Assembly (NCBI RefSeq): GCF_006345805.1
Contig: NC_043007.1
Coordinates: forward strand, 63,488,001-63,552,000
Source: Octopus sinensis
Lineage: Eukaryota
Length of the DNA stretch: 64,000 bases
Direction of reading: 5' to 3'
Shown: piece after piece, positions 29,400 to 41,548 of the stretch
Layout of the letters: each line of letters starts with the position of its first letter
Numbering within the stretch: position 1 is the stretch's first letter
Notes under the pieces: generated by a model
The model's database searches: none
What the model saw: only the letters and a program-made list of their open reading frames with translations
What the model was told of the DNA's origin: nothing
Program-made: the position numbers and the translations under genes

Positions 29400-30450
29400 C
29401 GCCTAATGTATCACATGGCTAGCCGTGCAATAAAATTAGAACATCAGGAAGTCTGAGCATTTGTATATAAATAAAGACGATTCACGAAATTTTACACTTT
29501 AATACCAATAATAAATCTAAATTAATCGAATAGTTTCTTTTTCTCTTCATCTATAACACATATACATGAATATAGTTAAAAGATTCTATTAATGTTGAGA
29601 TATTGACGTCTGCTTCCATTCTTTAGAATTCCTACCTCTCTGCGCATGCGTACTTGCTAAAGAACTTCCGTTGGCAAATTTGGAATATTGAATTAGGTAG
29701 AGCGATTTACTTGAGTTTATTTTATCTTTCGTTTTTATATTTTATTTTTATCAACAGAATCATTGCTTAGGATTTCTTGAATTTTGTGAATTAGAACAGG
29801 AGTCTTTGTTTAACATGATTAGTTAATATGCTTTGTTGTTCAGCGCCATTTTCAAAGTCTCGCTTAGCAGCATGCATTCTGAGCGATCAAAACAAAATGA
29901 GTGGAACTTACAATTTTGCCAAATGTTTACTACTGACAAATTTATGTCTACTCACTGGTCTAGAAAATTGTTTCGGATTCATACATTAATTCATTCATTT
30001 AATGCAAACCAACCATAACAATCGTTGATACTTGTAGTCTTTTTTTCTCCCCTGTGTGTGTGTATTTTTTTTTTTTAATAAATATTAAACGAAAATAGAA
30101 GATTCTGAGTAAATCACAATCGAAAGAATTATAATGTTTCTACTATCTTACTCGCGTGTATTTAAACGCCAGAACAAGAGAGGAGCCATCGACTTGCAAA
30201 GAGTAGCTCAGAAGCAATGAATGAACACTTAGAGACAACAAATAAAGCGACTGACTAAAATGAGATCGAACTGAAAAATTGAACTTGTAACCAAGTAGTG
30301 TTGATAAAACAAAGGAATTAGCCTCGGAACGTTTTCCATTCTTTGATTTTTCAGTCATTCTTCTATTAACAATGGAATCGCTGCTAATATCGCTTTTAAA
30401 TAGGCTTTTGGCCTCCTCTGTTAGATTGCGAAAAGCTTGCAAAGAAGAAA
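29400..30450. promoter_or_regulatory. CpG-enriched putative promoter/5' region of the HTH-ARL14EP gene
   Basis: CpG visibly more frequent than in the flanks. NRF1-like TGCGCATGCG (29641-29650), ETS-like ACTTCCG (29664-29670), YY1-like GCGCCATTTT (29843-29852). Motif function is inferred. Confidence 0.55.
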
Positions 30451-30509
30451 ACTACCTGTAAAATGGGACAGACAAAGTAACTATAAGCCGAAGACACTCA
30501 GTTTCTGAA

Positions 30510-30926
30510 ATGCTTGAAGACGAAGAACAAACAACAACGATGGATAAGACCAATAACACATCCAAAAGTTCGAATGATGATAGTGTTCCAGTTTCCCCGA
30601 AATCTGATTACTCCAATAGTAATGATATTGACAAGCAGTGCCAGACAGAAGAGAACACTTTGAGTGTGTCCTCAGACAGTTCGATCGCGAGTGTTAAAGT
30701 AACCCCTCCGAAAAAAACCGGTCGCCAGCTTACAAAAGTGCAAGAAATGGACAGAGAATTAACTGGGTGGATAAATGGTATTCATGCCGATGGTAAACTC
30801 AACGAGCTGACTCGTGAAATGATCATTGAAAAGGGCCGGCTTATTGCCAAAATGAAAAAGATCTTGGATTTTGCTGGAACAACGAATTGGTACACAAGAT
30901 TTTTAAGGCGGAATTTCTCCGAGACT
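30510..30926 (+). CDS. Coding exon 1: acidic/Ser-rich N-terminus plus CENP-B-type (Tc5 transposase) HTH DNA-binding domain
   Basis: EMDRELTGWINGIHADGKLNELTREMIIEKGRLIAKMKKILDFAGTTNWYTRFLRRNF fits the HTH_Tnp_Tc5/CENP-B pattern (LxxW ... reMIxeKAxxla ... FxxSxxWxxRFxxR). A consensus donor GTAAGT lies at 30927, right after the domain. Confidence 0.85.
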
Positions 30927-33900
30927 GTAAGTATCATCTTTCTAGATTGTTTTCCATATACTTCAGAAGAACCACTTATTTAAAATTCATTCATCTGCTC
31001 CGTTTTATTTATTCTTTTCTTCCATATCTCGATGGCTGTAAGATTGCTTTGTCGTGACAATTTTAAAAAATCATCTTTATTAGAATTCTTTATATGCTTG
31101 TACTTAAATTTAAGACAAAATGTGTGCTGCTACATAGGAGTAGAGAAAGAACGAGAAAAGCCAGAGGAGTTATCATTGAGCTGAGATCAGACATTTTCAT
31201 CAGCCACTTTTGCCAGTTACATGTAAATACACATCTTGTTAACACATTGAACTAAATATCTTTCTAAATGATAATTAAGTTATCGTTAACATATTTAAAT
31301 CTAATAAGCTAAAAAATAAATTGAATTAAGAAATACTTAAGCATGGAAGCAAAGGTGTTAGCTCAAGTAGGGGAGACAAATCTAGACAGGTTTCGCTCTA
31401 TTACACCTCCTCCGCAAAGCCTAAACTTTGCCATATTTTCCACAATAGGGTTGAGAACCACTAAACAGACGTGAAAAGATTTTTTTTTAACTCAGAGATG
31501 TCAGAAAGCAATAGTTTGAAGTTGGTGTTAATGTGTTGACACTAACTTACTGCAGTAAGCATCAAAAGTCTAATGAGAAATATTTTACCCGTGGTGAGAA
31601 GGAAAAGACAACATTAGCTCCATTACTGATACTATTTTAATCATTTCAGTAAGCACAAGACAACTGTTAGATATTTTTTTCTGCCCATGTTTATACAAAC
31701 CAAAATATCAAGTAATTAACATCAGTTATATTCACATATAGTTCTAAAACTTCTTTCATTCTCTATTTCTAGACATGTTAAAATAAAAAGATTTTTCCAT
31801 TCATTTTAACTATGTAGTAATAATAAATCAGTAATCAAATCTCTATATATTTAGCTATCATATGTACCATCTGTTTAACTGGCAGTAGAATATATATAGA
31901 GAGTACAGTAAATAGGAAACAAATAAAACTACTGTATATATTTTAGTAACACACTCTCAACATATGTTCACTGTTCATGATGATCTCTCAACCATATCTT
32001 GACACCTTCAGTGATGTGTCCTTTAAATTCAAATGAACATAGGAAAGAACTTTTTTTTTAACCTTCATTTTTATTTTCCTATTCTTAATAATCCATATTC
32101 ATTCTTCCATACACATATGTTGGATGGTTTTGCAAAAGTTGATGGTATGAAGCATTACACAACAAAGAGTAGTAGTGATAAAGTAGGAGGACATATCTAA
32201 GAATTTTGAGTACAACTTGAGATGACTGAAGAGTGAGACACATTAAAAGATGCATCTTTTAATGCATTCTCACACTTGTCTTCAGTTCTTTAGACAGCTT
32301 TTTAATGAATTAATTCTGTCTGTGATAAAGGTCAATGAAATATAACACAAGTCTTTGACAATGGGTTGATAGAATTGTTAGAACAAAGGGAAAAATGCTT
32401 TGTTGTGTATGTCCCAGCTCTTTGCTCTTAGTACCCAGGTAGATGTGTCAAATTTGTATCCGGCTGACAAAATAGTGTTTTGTTTACAAAAAAATTGAAA
32501 GAGAACTTGAAACTACATTTCTATTTTTACATGAAAACTCCATGACATCAGATAGTGCTTGTTGTGGAAGTCACTTGATGTTGTTCACAATGTGATGTCA
32601 GAGAAAGGAAGGTTGCTCTAACACACCACCCAGTTTAACACAATTACTGGTTTAGAGTGTTTAGCACTTAACATTGTCATGGATTTTGACTCCCATTTTA
32701 CTCCACATCTGTTTTTGATGGAGCCATTCTGGTTTGATATGTGATGTGGATACTATTAGGATAGGTTTAGCAATTCATTTTTTGATGTAGAGCAGCAAGT
32801 CATTACCTGGATATTACAATAGAACTCATAACTTTGAGGTTAAAATTATCAAAAAATTTATTTAAAGAAATTGTTTTGTTGCTATTAGATTTTCCTTATG
32901 TTAATCATAAAGTAAGTGCTGATGCCATGTAAAAATACTGGTGATTGTGCCACGTAAAAATACCCTGTACACTCTGTAAAGTAGTTGACATTAGGAAGGG
33001 CATCTAGCTGTAGAAATCAAGCCAAAACAAACTATGAAACCTGGTGCAGCCCCTGTCCTTGCTAGTTCCTATCAAGCCATCCTAACCATGCCGGCAAGGA
33101 AAACGCCTGTTAAATGTTGATGATGGTGATATTGGGGTTGATGTAATCAGTTAGTTTTTACTCTAAATTTGTTGCTTTCTGTTTATGTGACCAAAACATA
33201 ATTATCATTATTTTCATGTACCTCTGAAGTTTGCTAGAGGGAATGTATAACTCCAGTTTTCAGTCTGCTCAGCATGTGTGTTTTCTCATGGACATAATCT
33301 AATCTCTGCAAGCCAATAAATGAAAACACTTGTCTGTTTATAATAATATTGTTATTTAGCTCTAGATCAGTTTTGATTCAACAGGCCTATGATCAAAGTC
33401 ATTCCAACGATGACCATCCATTGTCTTTGTATTCCTAAACTAGATGTTTCCAATATAATTATTTGTAACAGATTGAATAACCTTTTTGGCTCATTACAAT
33501 ATTGTTGTTTATAGCAGTGAATTATGCCATCCTGTTGTATCCACTTGCTTTATTTTTTTATCTAAATTTCCTTCTGCCACTCCCAAATTCTTAACTTTTA
33601 TAGAAACATCTGCAATATAAGCTAATGAGAGTGTCACTGTTTGGTTATTTGACATAGTAGGCAAATCATCGTCCTCAAATCACCACACTCTGTTATCTTA
33701 AATAAGGAAAGGAGACATTAAATAATCTTGCCCTACACACCACTAAAAAGTGTGGGTGGCCATGACTAGAATGCTATTGACCATAGGCCTGCTTAATCAA
33801 AATTGATTTGAGTTTAAATAACACCTGCAACAGCTAAGTTTTTGAATAGGAGCAACCAGTTGAATTATGGATGTAAATGCATGCCTTTTTTGAGATGCAA

Positions 33901-35589
33901 GGTATTGTGCATATAGGAAATGATTTTCAATGGAAACTTCAAAGAAAAAATAAATTACTGTTGAAAGGGAGAAAAAAACCCTTTAAAGAGTTATTTGTTG
34001 TTGTGGGTGCTCATATTGATGGCAGAGGAGGATGAGCATCAATGAAGATGGCTATGGTGAATGGTGTTTGTAAATAGTGAAGTGTTGATAGTGGATATGG
34101 TTGTTGTTTTTTGGTGATGTTAACACAAAATAGCAATTAGGTGATAACTGTGAAAATATGATTGTTTGATGTAGTGGGAACTTATTAGAGTGATAACATC
34201 TGTGAAGGCTAGAAACAATAGATATTAAACAAGTAATTTCTCTCTTATATGTGGTGTTAATATAATGGATATGTGGCTAGCATGCACTAAATGACAGACT
34301 GTAGTTTGTAAAGATAATGTAGATTAAAAAAGAAATTGATTTAAATTAAAGCGAGTTAATAAGTTTAGGGAAAATATATAATTTTCAGTTTTTAAGTAAA
34401 ATCTTTTTATCAAATAATTTATCCTGGAGTTTTCTTAAATGTTTTAATCGGGATTATTTGATACATCTTTAAGATGAATAATTTTACTATACTGCATTCA
34501 CCCCATTAATTTCTGTACTCTAACTTTAAAAGCAAATATTGCATATGTGTGTATTAGGAACAGCTTCTCATTTAGATATGTGCTATTCAAAACAAACTTG
34601 TTTTAGTTTTTATTGCTGCTTTTTTTTTTTATAATTGTACTTGTTTGACCACTTACTACTTGTATGCATGTATAGGAATTTTTAGTGGTTAAAAAATGTA
34701 TACTGATATCAATTTATTGTTCCTACATTTATGATTAAGAATGGAGCAGTCATTTCACCTGGGTCCTTACCTAAAAGTCATATTGCACAAAGCAATTAAT
34801 AGGATTAAATGGATCATTAATGTCTGAAATAGACATTTTAATAATTTGGTACAGGAATAACACGCAAACAAATTTTAACAACAGACGCAACATCTATTAA
34901 AAACAAAAAAGAATCACACAAAGTAAATAAATAGCAGCTAAGCAATTGAATAGCTGAATACATCATTGAAAAGCTTGTTATGTTGAACAGGATACAATAT
35001 GCATTACACTTAATCATAAAGTAATATCAAAAGCTGGAACATTAGAAATCTCCCATCAATAACAAACAGCAAACCTGTTAATAAACTATAAATGGCTAGT
35101 CTTCCAGAACAAAAGATAAGTTAGTCAATACAGCAATAAAGGCTGTAGGTTCAATCTCTGAAAAACAACTCAAGAGAATACCAACTGATACATTCTGTCA
35201 GCAATACATCCAAGATGAGAAAAATAGTTTGAGAAACAAACATTTATAAATCTAATTGTGATAGTAAAACACTATATGAAAAAGCATCTTATTTAAAATA
35301 TCACTACTACCAGTACAAAAAAAGAAAACAAAACATAACAAAAAGGAATAGAAGTTAGTTATAGAATCAATATCTTAATAGCAGTATGTAACTCAAAACT
35401 TAACACTTATATAATACACAATTATAACTTAATGCTACTGGTCAAAAATTTAAAAGCCTGAAGGTGGCTAGTCAGACACATAAAGAGTATTTCCATGGGT
35501 CTCCTAAACATGACAAAAAAAATGTAATACCAACTGCCAGTACAGAAGTTCTCATCCAGAAGGTAACACAGAAGTGTTAAAATGGATCT

Positions 35590-36110
35590 TTGAACATTAT
35601 TGTTGTTGTTGTTGTTGTTATTGAGTGAGAGAGCAGTGCATGCCATCAAAGTGACACTGGGGTAAAATATACGAAGCCCAGTATACCCATCATGACAACC
35701 CGTTTGATAAGGGTACACCAGGCACATTCATCACAACCAAACGTGCACGATATGGTGATCTCATATCAAGATAAACAACGCATGACCTTGCAGGTGGGCC
35801 CCAGTTAGAATTTTCTTCTGGTCGAGTAGCCCATCCCGCTCAAAAGGTCCCTGAATAAGGATTGTTTAAGGATGTTGAACGAACCACCCATGTTTCCAAA
35901 GGTGAATTATCCAAACCTCCAAGAATTCCTTTCAACACACGGCTATGATGCTCCCCCACTACTCCTGCTTGTAGTCAGAGATGCACATATCGTCAGCCAC
36001 TAAGAGACATGGTCAACTGGTTATGGTCAAACAAATGACAAGTAAATCTGTGGTATTGAGCAGAATATTTGCTGTAGCCCATCTTTTATACCAAGACAAA
36101 ACAATGTACA
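35590..36110 (-). mobile_element. Retroposon 3' fragment with (AAC)n tail
   Basis: Higher-GC block ending in a (TTG)n/(TTA)n tract on the plus strand; family not identified. Confidence 0.45.
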
Positions 36111-36111
36111 T

Positions 36112-39100
36112 GCAACTGTAAAAGAACAGAGAAGTATTACAACAGAGAAAAGCAACACAATGGAGAACATACAATCACTCAATAGTCGAATAGAGAACAA
36201 AATTGTAACTGCCTACTCCTCAAACAGAAATAATGTGGAAAATACTATGATAACTGATATCAACACAGAAAATAACAACTCCAACAACATGGAACAGAGA
36301 AGCTTAACAGAATGAATAGCGACAACAAAAATATTGATGAGAACACAGCCAATACCAATGTCAACACCAGCAACAGAGAGGCAGGTGTATTTGGAAGTAA
36401 CAATAGTAGTAACCATGTGAACAATTCCACCACCACCATCAACAGGGAGAGCAGAACAAGTAGATTTGCAGCAGCATCTGCAAAATGACAACAAAAGCGA
36501 TGTTAGCCCTGGCCCGCAAACTCATAAAAAGAGAAAAAAACCTAGGCAAACCTTGCAATCCCAGCCAAAGTGGAGGTAGAAATTGAGAAGAGGACAGTAA
36601 AGTATAGGTGTATCTCGGCAGAGATGGCAGAGATCAGAGAGGATGTCGAATGCATTCAAAGAGACTGAAGTTTTGGTACCATCTTGGTCCTTTTTAAAAC
36701 AGAAGATCTGGCCATGAAGCATTCGGTGGGAGCCTGTAAAAGTGACCAGCTTATAATGTACCAATCGTACATGGGCAAAAGAACAATGAAAGTTTGAGTT
36801 CACAGAATAACACCAGATATCAACATATGGCGGCTTGTGGGATGCACGATCGCAGAGGGCAGCAGCACTCTCCTCTTAGAAGTCCTGGATAAAAACCACA
36901 AGACTTGGAGAACATCCCAGACCATGTCTGCCTCAAGAATGGGATGAAATTACCCTTGATCACTGAGGGCAGAAGGCCTCATTGCTTTGCTTGTGGTGAA
37001 GCAATACACCTACAAGCGCACTGTCCTCAGCGAAAAGGTACAAGTGCCTGTAGACATCCGTTGACACCAATACCAGGGCTTGGAAAACAAAAAACAGCAC
37101 CAGCTGTAGAGAGATCACCACCAACAACAGGGAAAGCAGCAAAAATAGCAACAATGGTGGCAGCAGTGGGAGGCGTAACAACAACACCAGCAGGAAAACT
37201 GTTGGAGAGGTCAACCACGAAAACTAACTCCTTGCAACCAAGCTCAACAACCCCACCTCTCACAAACAAGGATGCAGGAAAAGATACACATACAAACACA
37301 AATTCACTTCCACACAGAGAGGAGGAGGTTGTAGCAGACATTGGTTCAACCACATTAAAAAGTGATGATGAGGGGAAACAGAGTAAATCCAAAAAACTGA
37401 AAAGAAGTCACAGAGGCGAGACATCTTGTCCTACACCAAAACAAGATAACAAAGAAACTACACATACACCCACAACAAATGCAGACACTTAGACAACTCC
37501 TGCAGCACCACAGTCATCAACTAAAGCACCACAAACACCAAAATCCCGAAAGGAAACTCACACCACAAATGCAACAAGAACAGCAAAAAACAGTGATGCA
37601 GATTTGTGCGGAATTTCAGCAGCACTTTGCTGAACTGTACAGGGCACATGGTGGTGAACTTCACTTCCTACCTTTCAGCCAGGGATGTGGAGTTCTGCAA
37701 AATGCTGATAACAGCTGAAGATATATGTGACACGTTGGCTAGTTGCACGAGGGGGCAATCTCCAGGATTAGATGGTCTGCCCTTCAAGCTTTATATTCAT
37801 ATGTCAGACTTGTTTGGTGAGCTCTTGCAGTGTTTTCTGCAACTGGCAGCAGAACGGGAAAATCCCCAGATCTGTGAGCCATGATGTGGTGGTACTACTG
37901 AGAAAGGATCTGAACAAGGGGCACATTGTTGATAACTGTAGGCCTGTAACTCTGCTAAATGCAGATTACAAAATTTTGGCCAAGGTGTTAGCAAAGAGGT
38001 TGGCGCTTGTCATTGACAGACTGGTGGGTGATGAACAGACTTGCACTATCTTCAACCGATCTATCGACGACAATCTCTACCTCACGCGATACATCATAGA
38101 GAGGTGTTGGTAAAGAACCTGGCATAGGTGGGGCCCTAATCAATTTGGATCAATCGAAAGGTTTTGATAGGATTGACCATCAGTATTTGGAGGCTGTCCT
38201 TAAGGTGGCTGGTTTCGGTCCTGTTTTCAGAGGTTGGATCACTGCAATGTACAGTGACATCTGTTCGTTGGTCAAAGTAAATAGCCACCTGTTGGAATCG
38301 TTTAGCATCGCATGTTCAGTCCGTCAAGGATGCCCACTCTCATCTTTTCTCTATGTACTGATATTCAAGCCATTTCTATGGAAGCTGGATGTTTTGAGGG
38401 GCATCACAAGTGAACTAAGATGCGAAAGATTTGTGTCGGCATATGCAGACGAAGTCACTGTGATAGTGTTGGATGTCTCGGAAATTGAGATGGTTGGCAC
38501 TACCCTAAGGGAATACAAAGTGGTGACAGAAGCAATGATTAAACAGAAGTCAGTCGGTCTGCAGCTTGGCCCCTGGAGAGGCAGATCCTTGCCAACCAAC
38601 AGCTTTGTTGGGTGCTGGATGGAAGGACTGGTTAAGTTCCTCAGGGTCTGGTTCAGTCTGGACCTCCAAGTGGACAAGAACTGGGGTAAGGTGACAAACA
38701 GGATGGCCAATCTCACCCAGAAATGGGCCGAGAGGAAGCTGTCCTTGAAAGGTCAGGTGGAGGTGGTGAATGCATACATCCCATCCATCATGTACTACTG
38801 CCTGACTTCATGGCTGAACAGGCTGGTGCGCTTCCTGTGGAAGGGACAGGTACCACTTGTCAGACAGTCCATTTGCTATCAGCACTCATTGCGTGGAGGA
38901 CTGGGCATGCATGGTTGACATGCACTGAGGCTGCAACATCTCTGGTAATACCTTAACAGTGAGCAAGTATGGCTACTGTTCGTTGAAAGTGCTTTTCCTT
39001 AGCTCATCTCCTTGACATGTCTACAGTCCTGGATCAGGCATAGACCAAGGCAGGGCACTTGGCACCTAGAGTGTCTCCAAGTGCTCACGGCCCTTGTCCA

Positions 39101-39940
39101 GTCAGGCAGTGTGGTCGGTGGAAGTTCTATCTTGGAGTTCTGTGGAGGACAAGAGTGATGATGTTCTCAGAGAGGTTCTGAACATTGGGCGGGATCAACT
39201 GGCTGGCCTCTTCCGGAGGACTTTCAGGCTGGGGCCTATGGATAACTTTCAGAAATCCCTGGCTTGGAAGTGCTACCAGAGGGCTCTGTCAGTTCGCAAT
39301 AAGCTTTACAGGCATAGGTATGCAGTCAGACGGGCTTGTCTGAGATGCATGCAGAGTAATGAAACTGTTCTGCATGCTCTCATACAGTGTCCACACATTG
39401 CTGCCTTGTGGAGCTTTGTTGAACAGTTATTGTCACATGTAGGATGGATCCAGCTATCGTCCAAGTCCATTGTGAAGATCATCCTGCCTCCTTCCTTTGG
39501 CTGGGAAGGACAAGCAGTTTTTCTCTGTTTGGTGGCTATGGCAAAAGCCTCATTGACTTTTTCAGGTTCCACCTGAAAAGGAAAGTGAGGCTGGAGAGAG
39601 AGGTGCTGTCACCCAGTCAGTTTGTTGAAAGGTGGATGAATGTGGCAAGAATGGCCCATGTGAATGGGCCTACTCTAAGTGTGCGCCTGTAGACCAGATG
39701 GAATGAAGAAGAGAGGTGTGCCTACCTTAGGGGCCTTTGGTGTTAGGGTATCGAAAGTGTGTGAGCTCACCTCTCAGTGGAACTCCCCCCTATTGGGGAA
39801 GTACATTGTTGGTTTAATCTCCTTGTTAATTTTTTTTTTTTTTGTTTACACGTTTAACGCCACTGTCCCTCATCTGTGTATCATCTTTTATGTTTTGTGT
39901 TTGGCCCTGGTGGCCAATAAAGAAAGTATTATTATTATTC
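36112..39940 (+). mobile_element. Tx1-like (L1 clade) LINE, degenerate, endonuclease domain apparently missing
   Basis: ORF1 zinc knuckle CFACGEAIHLQAHC. RT motifs PGLDGLP, RPVTLLNADYKILAKVLAKRL, DQSKGFDRIDH, SVRQGCPLS, AYADEVTV. C-terminal CLRC...ETVLHALIQCP; AATAAA and (ATT)n tail at ~39917-39940. Confidence 0.92.
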
Positions 39941-41120
39941 AAAATGAAACCTAACACTAATAAGATATTGTGATAAAACAAACTGAAATTGGATGGTAGT
40001 GGTGTTTTCAGACAAGACATATCCCTTCCTAGACATGTCTTAATATCATGAAATTGTCATGTTCATTGCTTTCTTATACAAAGTTTTGAGGGATAAGCAA
40101 AATGAAAAATAAAATCAGGAGAGTTAGGAGTTCAAAAGTGGATTATGACTTCGCATGATAGCAGTAACCATTCTACTTTCTAAAACTGACTGTGATGCCA
40201 TTTTGTTTTGGCATTTATACATTTCCCAAGGATACTAACATTGTAAATGAAATGAGACATTTTTTTATTATATTGCAGACTCGCTTAACCAAATGTAACT
40301 ACTGCACTTCAGCAACTGTACCTTATCTGAAAAATTTTAAAGCTGCACCATTTTAACTGTGTGTCAAGCTAAATTTTCAACATGAAGAATGAATATTACC
40401 AGACCATGCTTCCAAGTTCAAAAAGTAAAAATTAATAAATTAGTTCTGTACAGAGGAAGGTGTGACTGTATGGGTAAGAAATTCTCTTCCCAACCTGGTT
40501 TAGGGATTCAGTCCCACTCTGTAGCACTCTGGGTGTCTTCTACTATAGCTCCTGGTTGGCCAAAGCCTTATGAGTGTATTTGGTAGACAGAAACTGAAAG
40601 AAAACTGTCATATATACACATCTATAAAATGTGTGCATGTTTGTTTACATTTTGCTCACTTCTATGAAAGTTGTTACATATGTGCAATGTTGTCAGTTCT
40701 CTTGTCAACACATCATTTGCTTGCTTTACTCTTTTGAAGCCATGTGGAATAAAAGGACCCTTGCTTGAAAAACAGGTAAGGGTCAGCAACAGGAAGGACA
40801 TTTGACTATAAAGCAGTGCCTCAAAAACAAATTCATCTAACCCATGCATGCATAGACAAATGGATGTAAAAACGAATGATAAAAATAAACGAACAATTTA
40901 GATTAAACAATATTAATCAATGTCCTCTCTCTGTTTTTAGTACTAATGCTACTATAATTCTCTCTATGCAGCTCTATCTAAATACTGCCTGTGTCCCTAG
41001 CTTTCCTTCTTCAGTCATCCTTACTGTAGCCATAGTGGATGTAATAGTTACTATATGGAGTATTTTCTTGTAGAGGGATTGATAGGTGCAGTTAACCCAA
41101 GCAGGATTTGAACTCGAAGG

Positions 41121-41548
41121 AACTTAGCTATTATTCTTCTGCCGATGGTATCTTAATAATTCATTCCCTAAAATAGCTGTTTTATGGTATTTAGAGTTAA
41201 GTTCAAATTCAGTCCAAGTCAAAAGACTCATATGCATAAAATATGAACAAATCATTATTTACTGGAGTTGACATTGTACCTACATAGAAGAGTGGTAAGT
41301 AGATATGGGAAAGCATTGAACCTTGCAGTAACTACCTTTACTGCAAGGTTCAATGCTTTCCCATATCTACTTACCACTCTTCTATGTAGGTACAATGTCA
41401 ACTCCAGTAAATAATGATTTGTTCATATTTTATGAATATGAGTCTTTTTACTTGGACTGAATTTGAACTTAACACTAAATACCATAAAACAGCTATTTTA
41501 GGGAATGAATTATTAAGATACCATCGGCAGAAGAATAATAGCTAAGTT
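41121..41548. repeat. 428-bp palindrome (211-bp arms, 6-nt loop, 3 mismatches)
   Basis: 41121-41331 is the reverse complement of 41338-41548; loop CTACCT. Confidence 0.97.

Noticed and set aside
29087-30442. Minus-strand ORFs of 98 and 99 aa near the promoter
   Set aside because: No recognisable domain; low stop density is explicable by local composition
30927-30983. C-terminal 18 aa of the 157-aa ORF as part of the main protein
   Set aside because: Begins at a consensus donor and has no domain similarity; treated as intron
40279-40356. Strong acceptor (ttttttattatattgcAG) as an extra exon of the fusion gene
   Set aside because: Phase-0 reading hits TAA and only a weak donor is available; not needed for frame continuity
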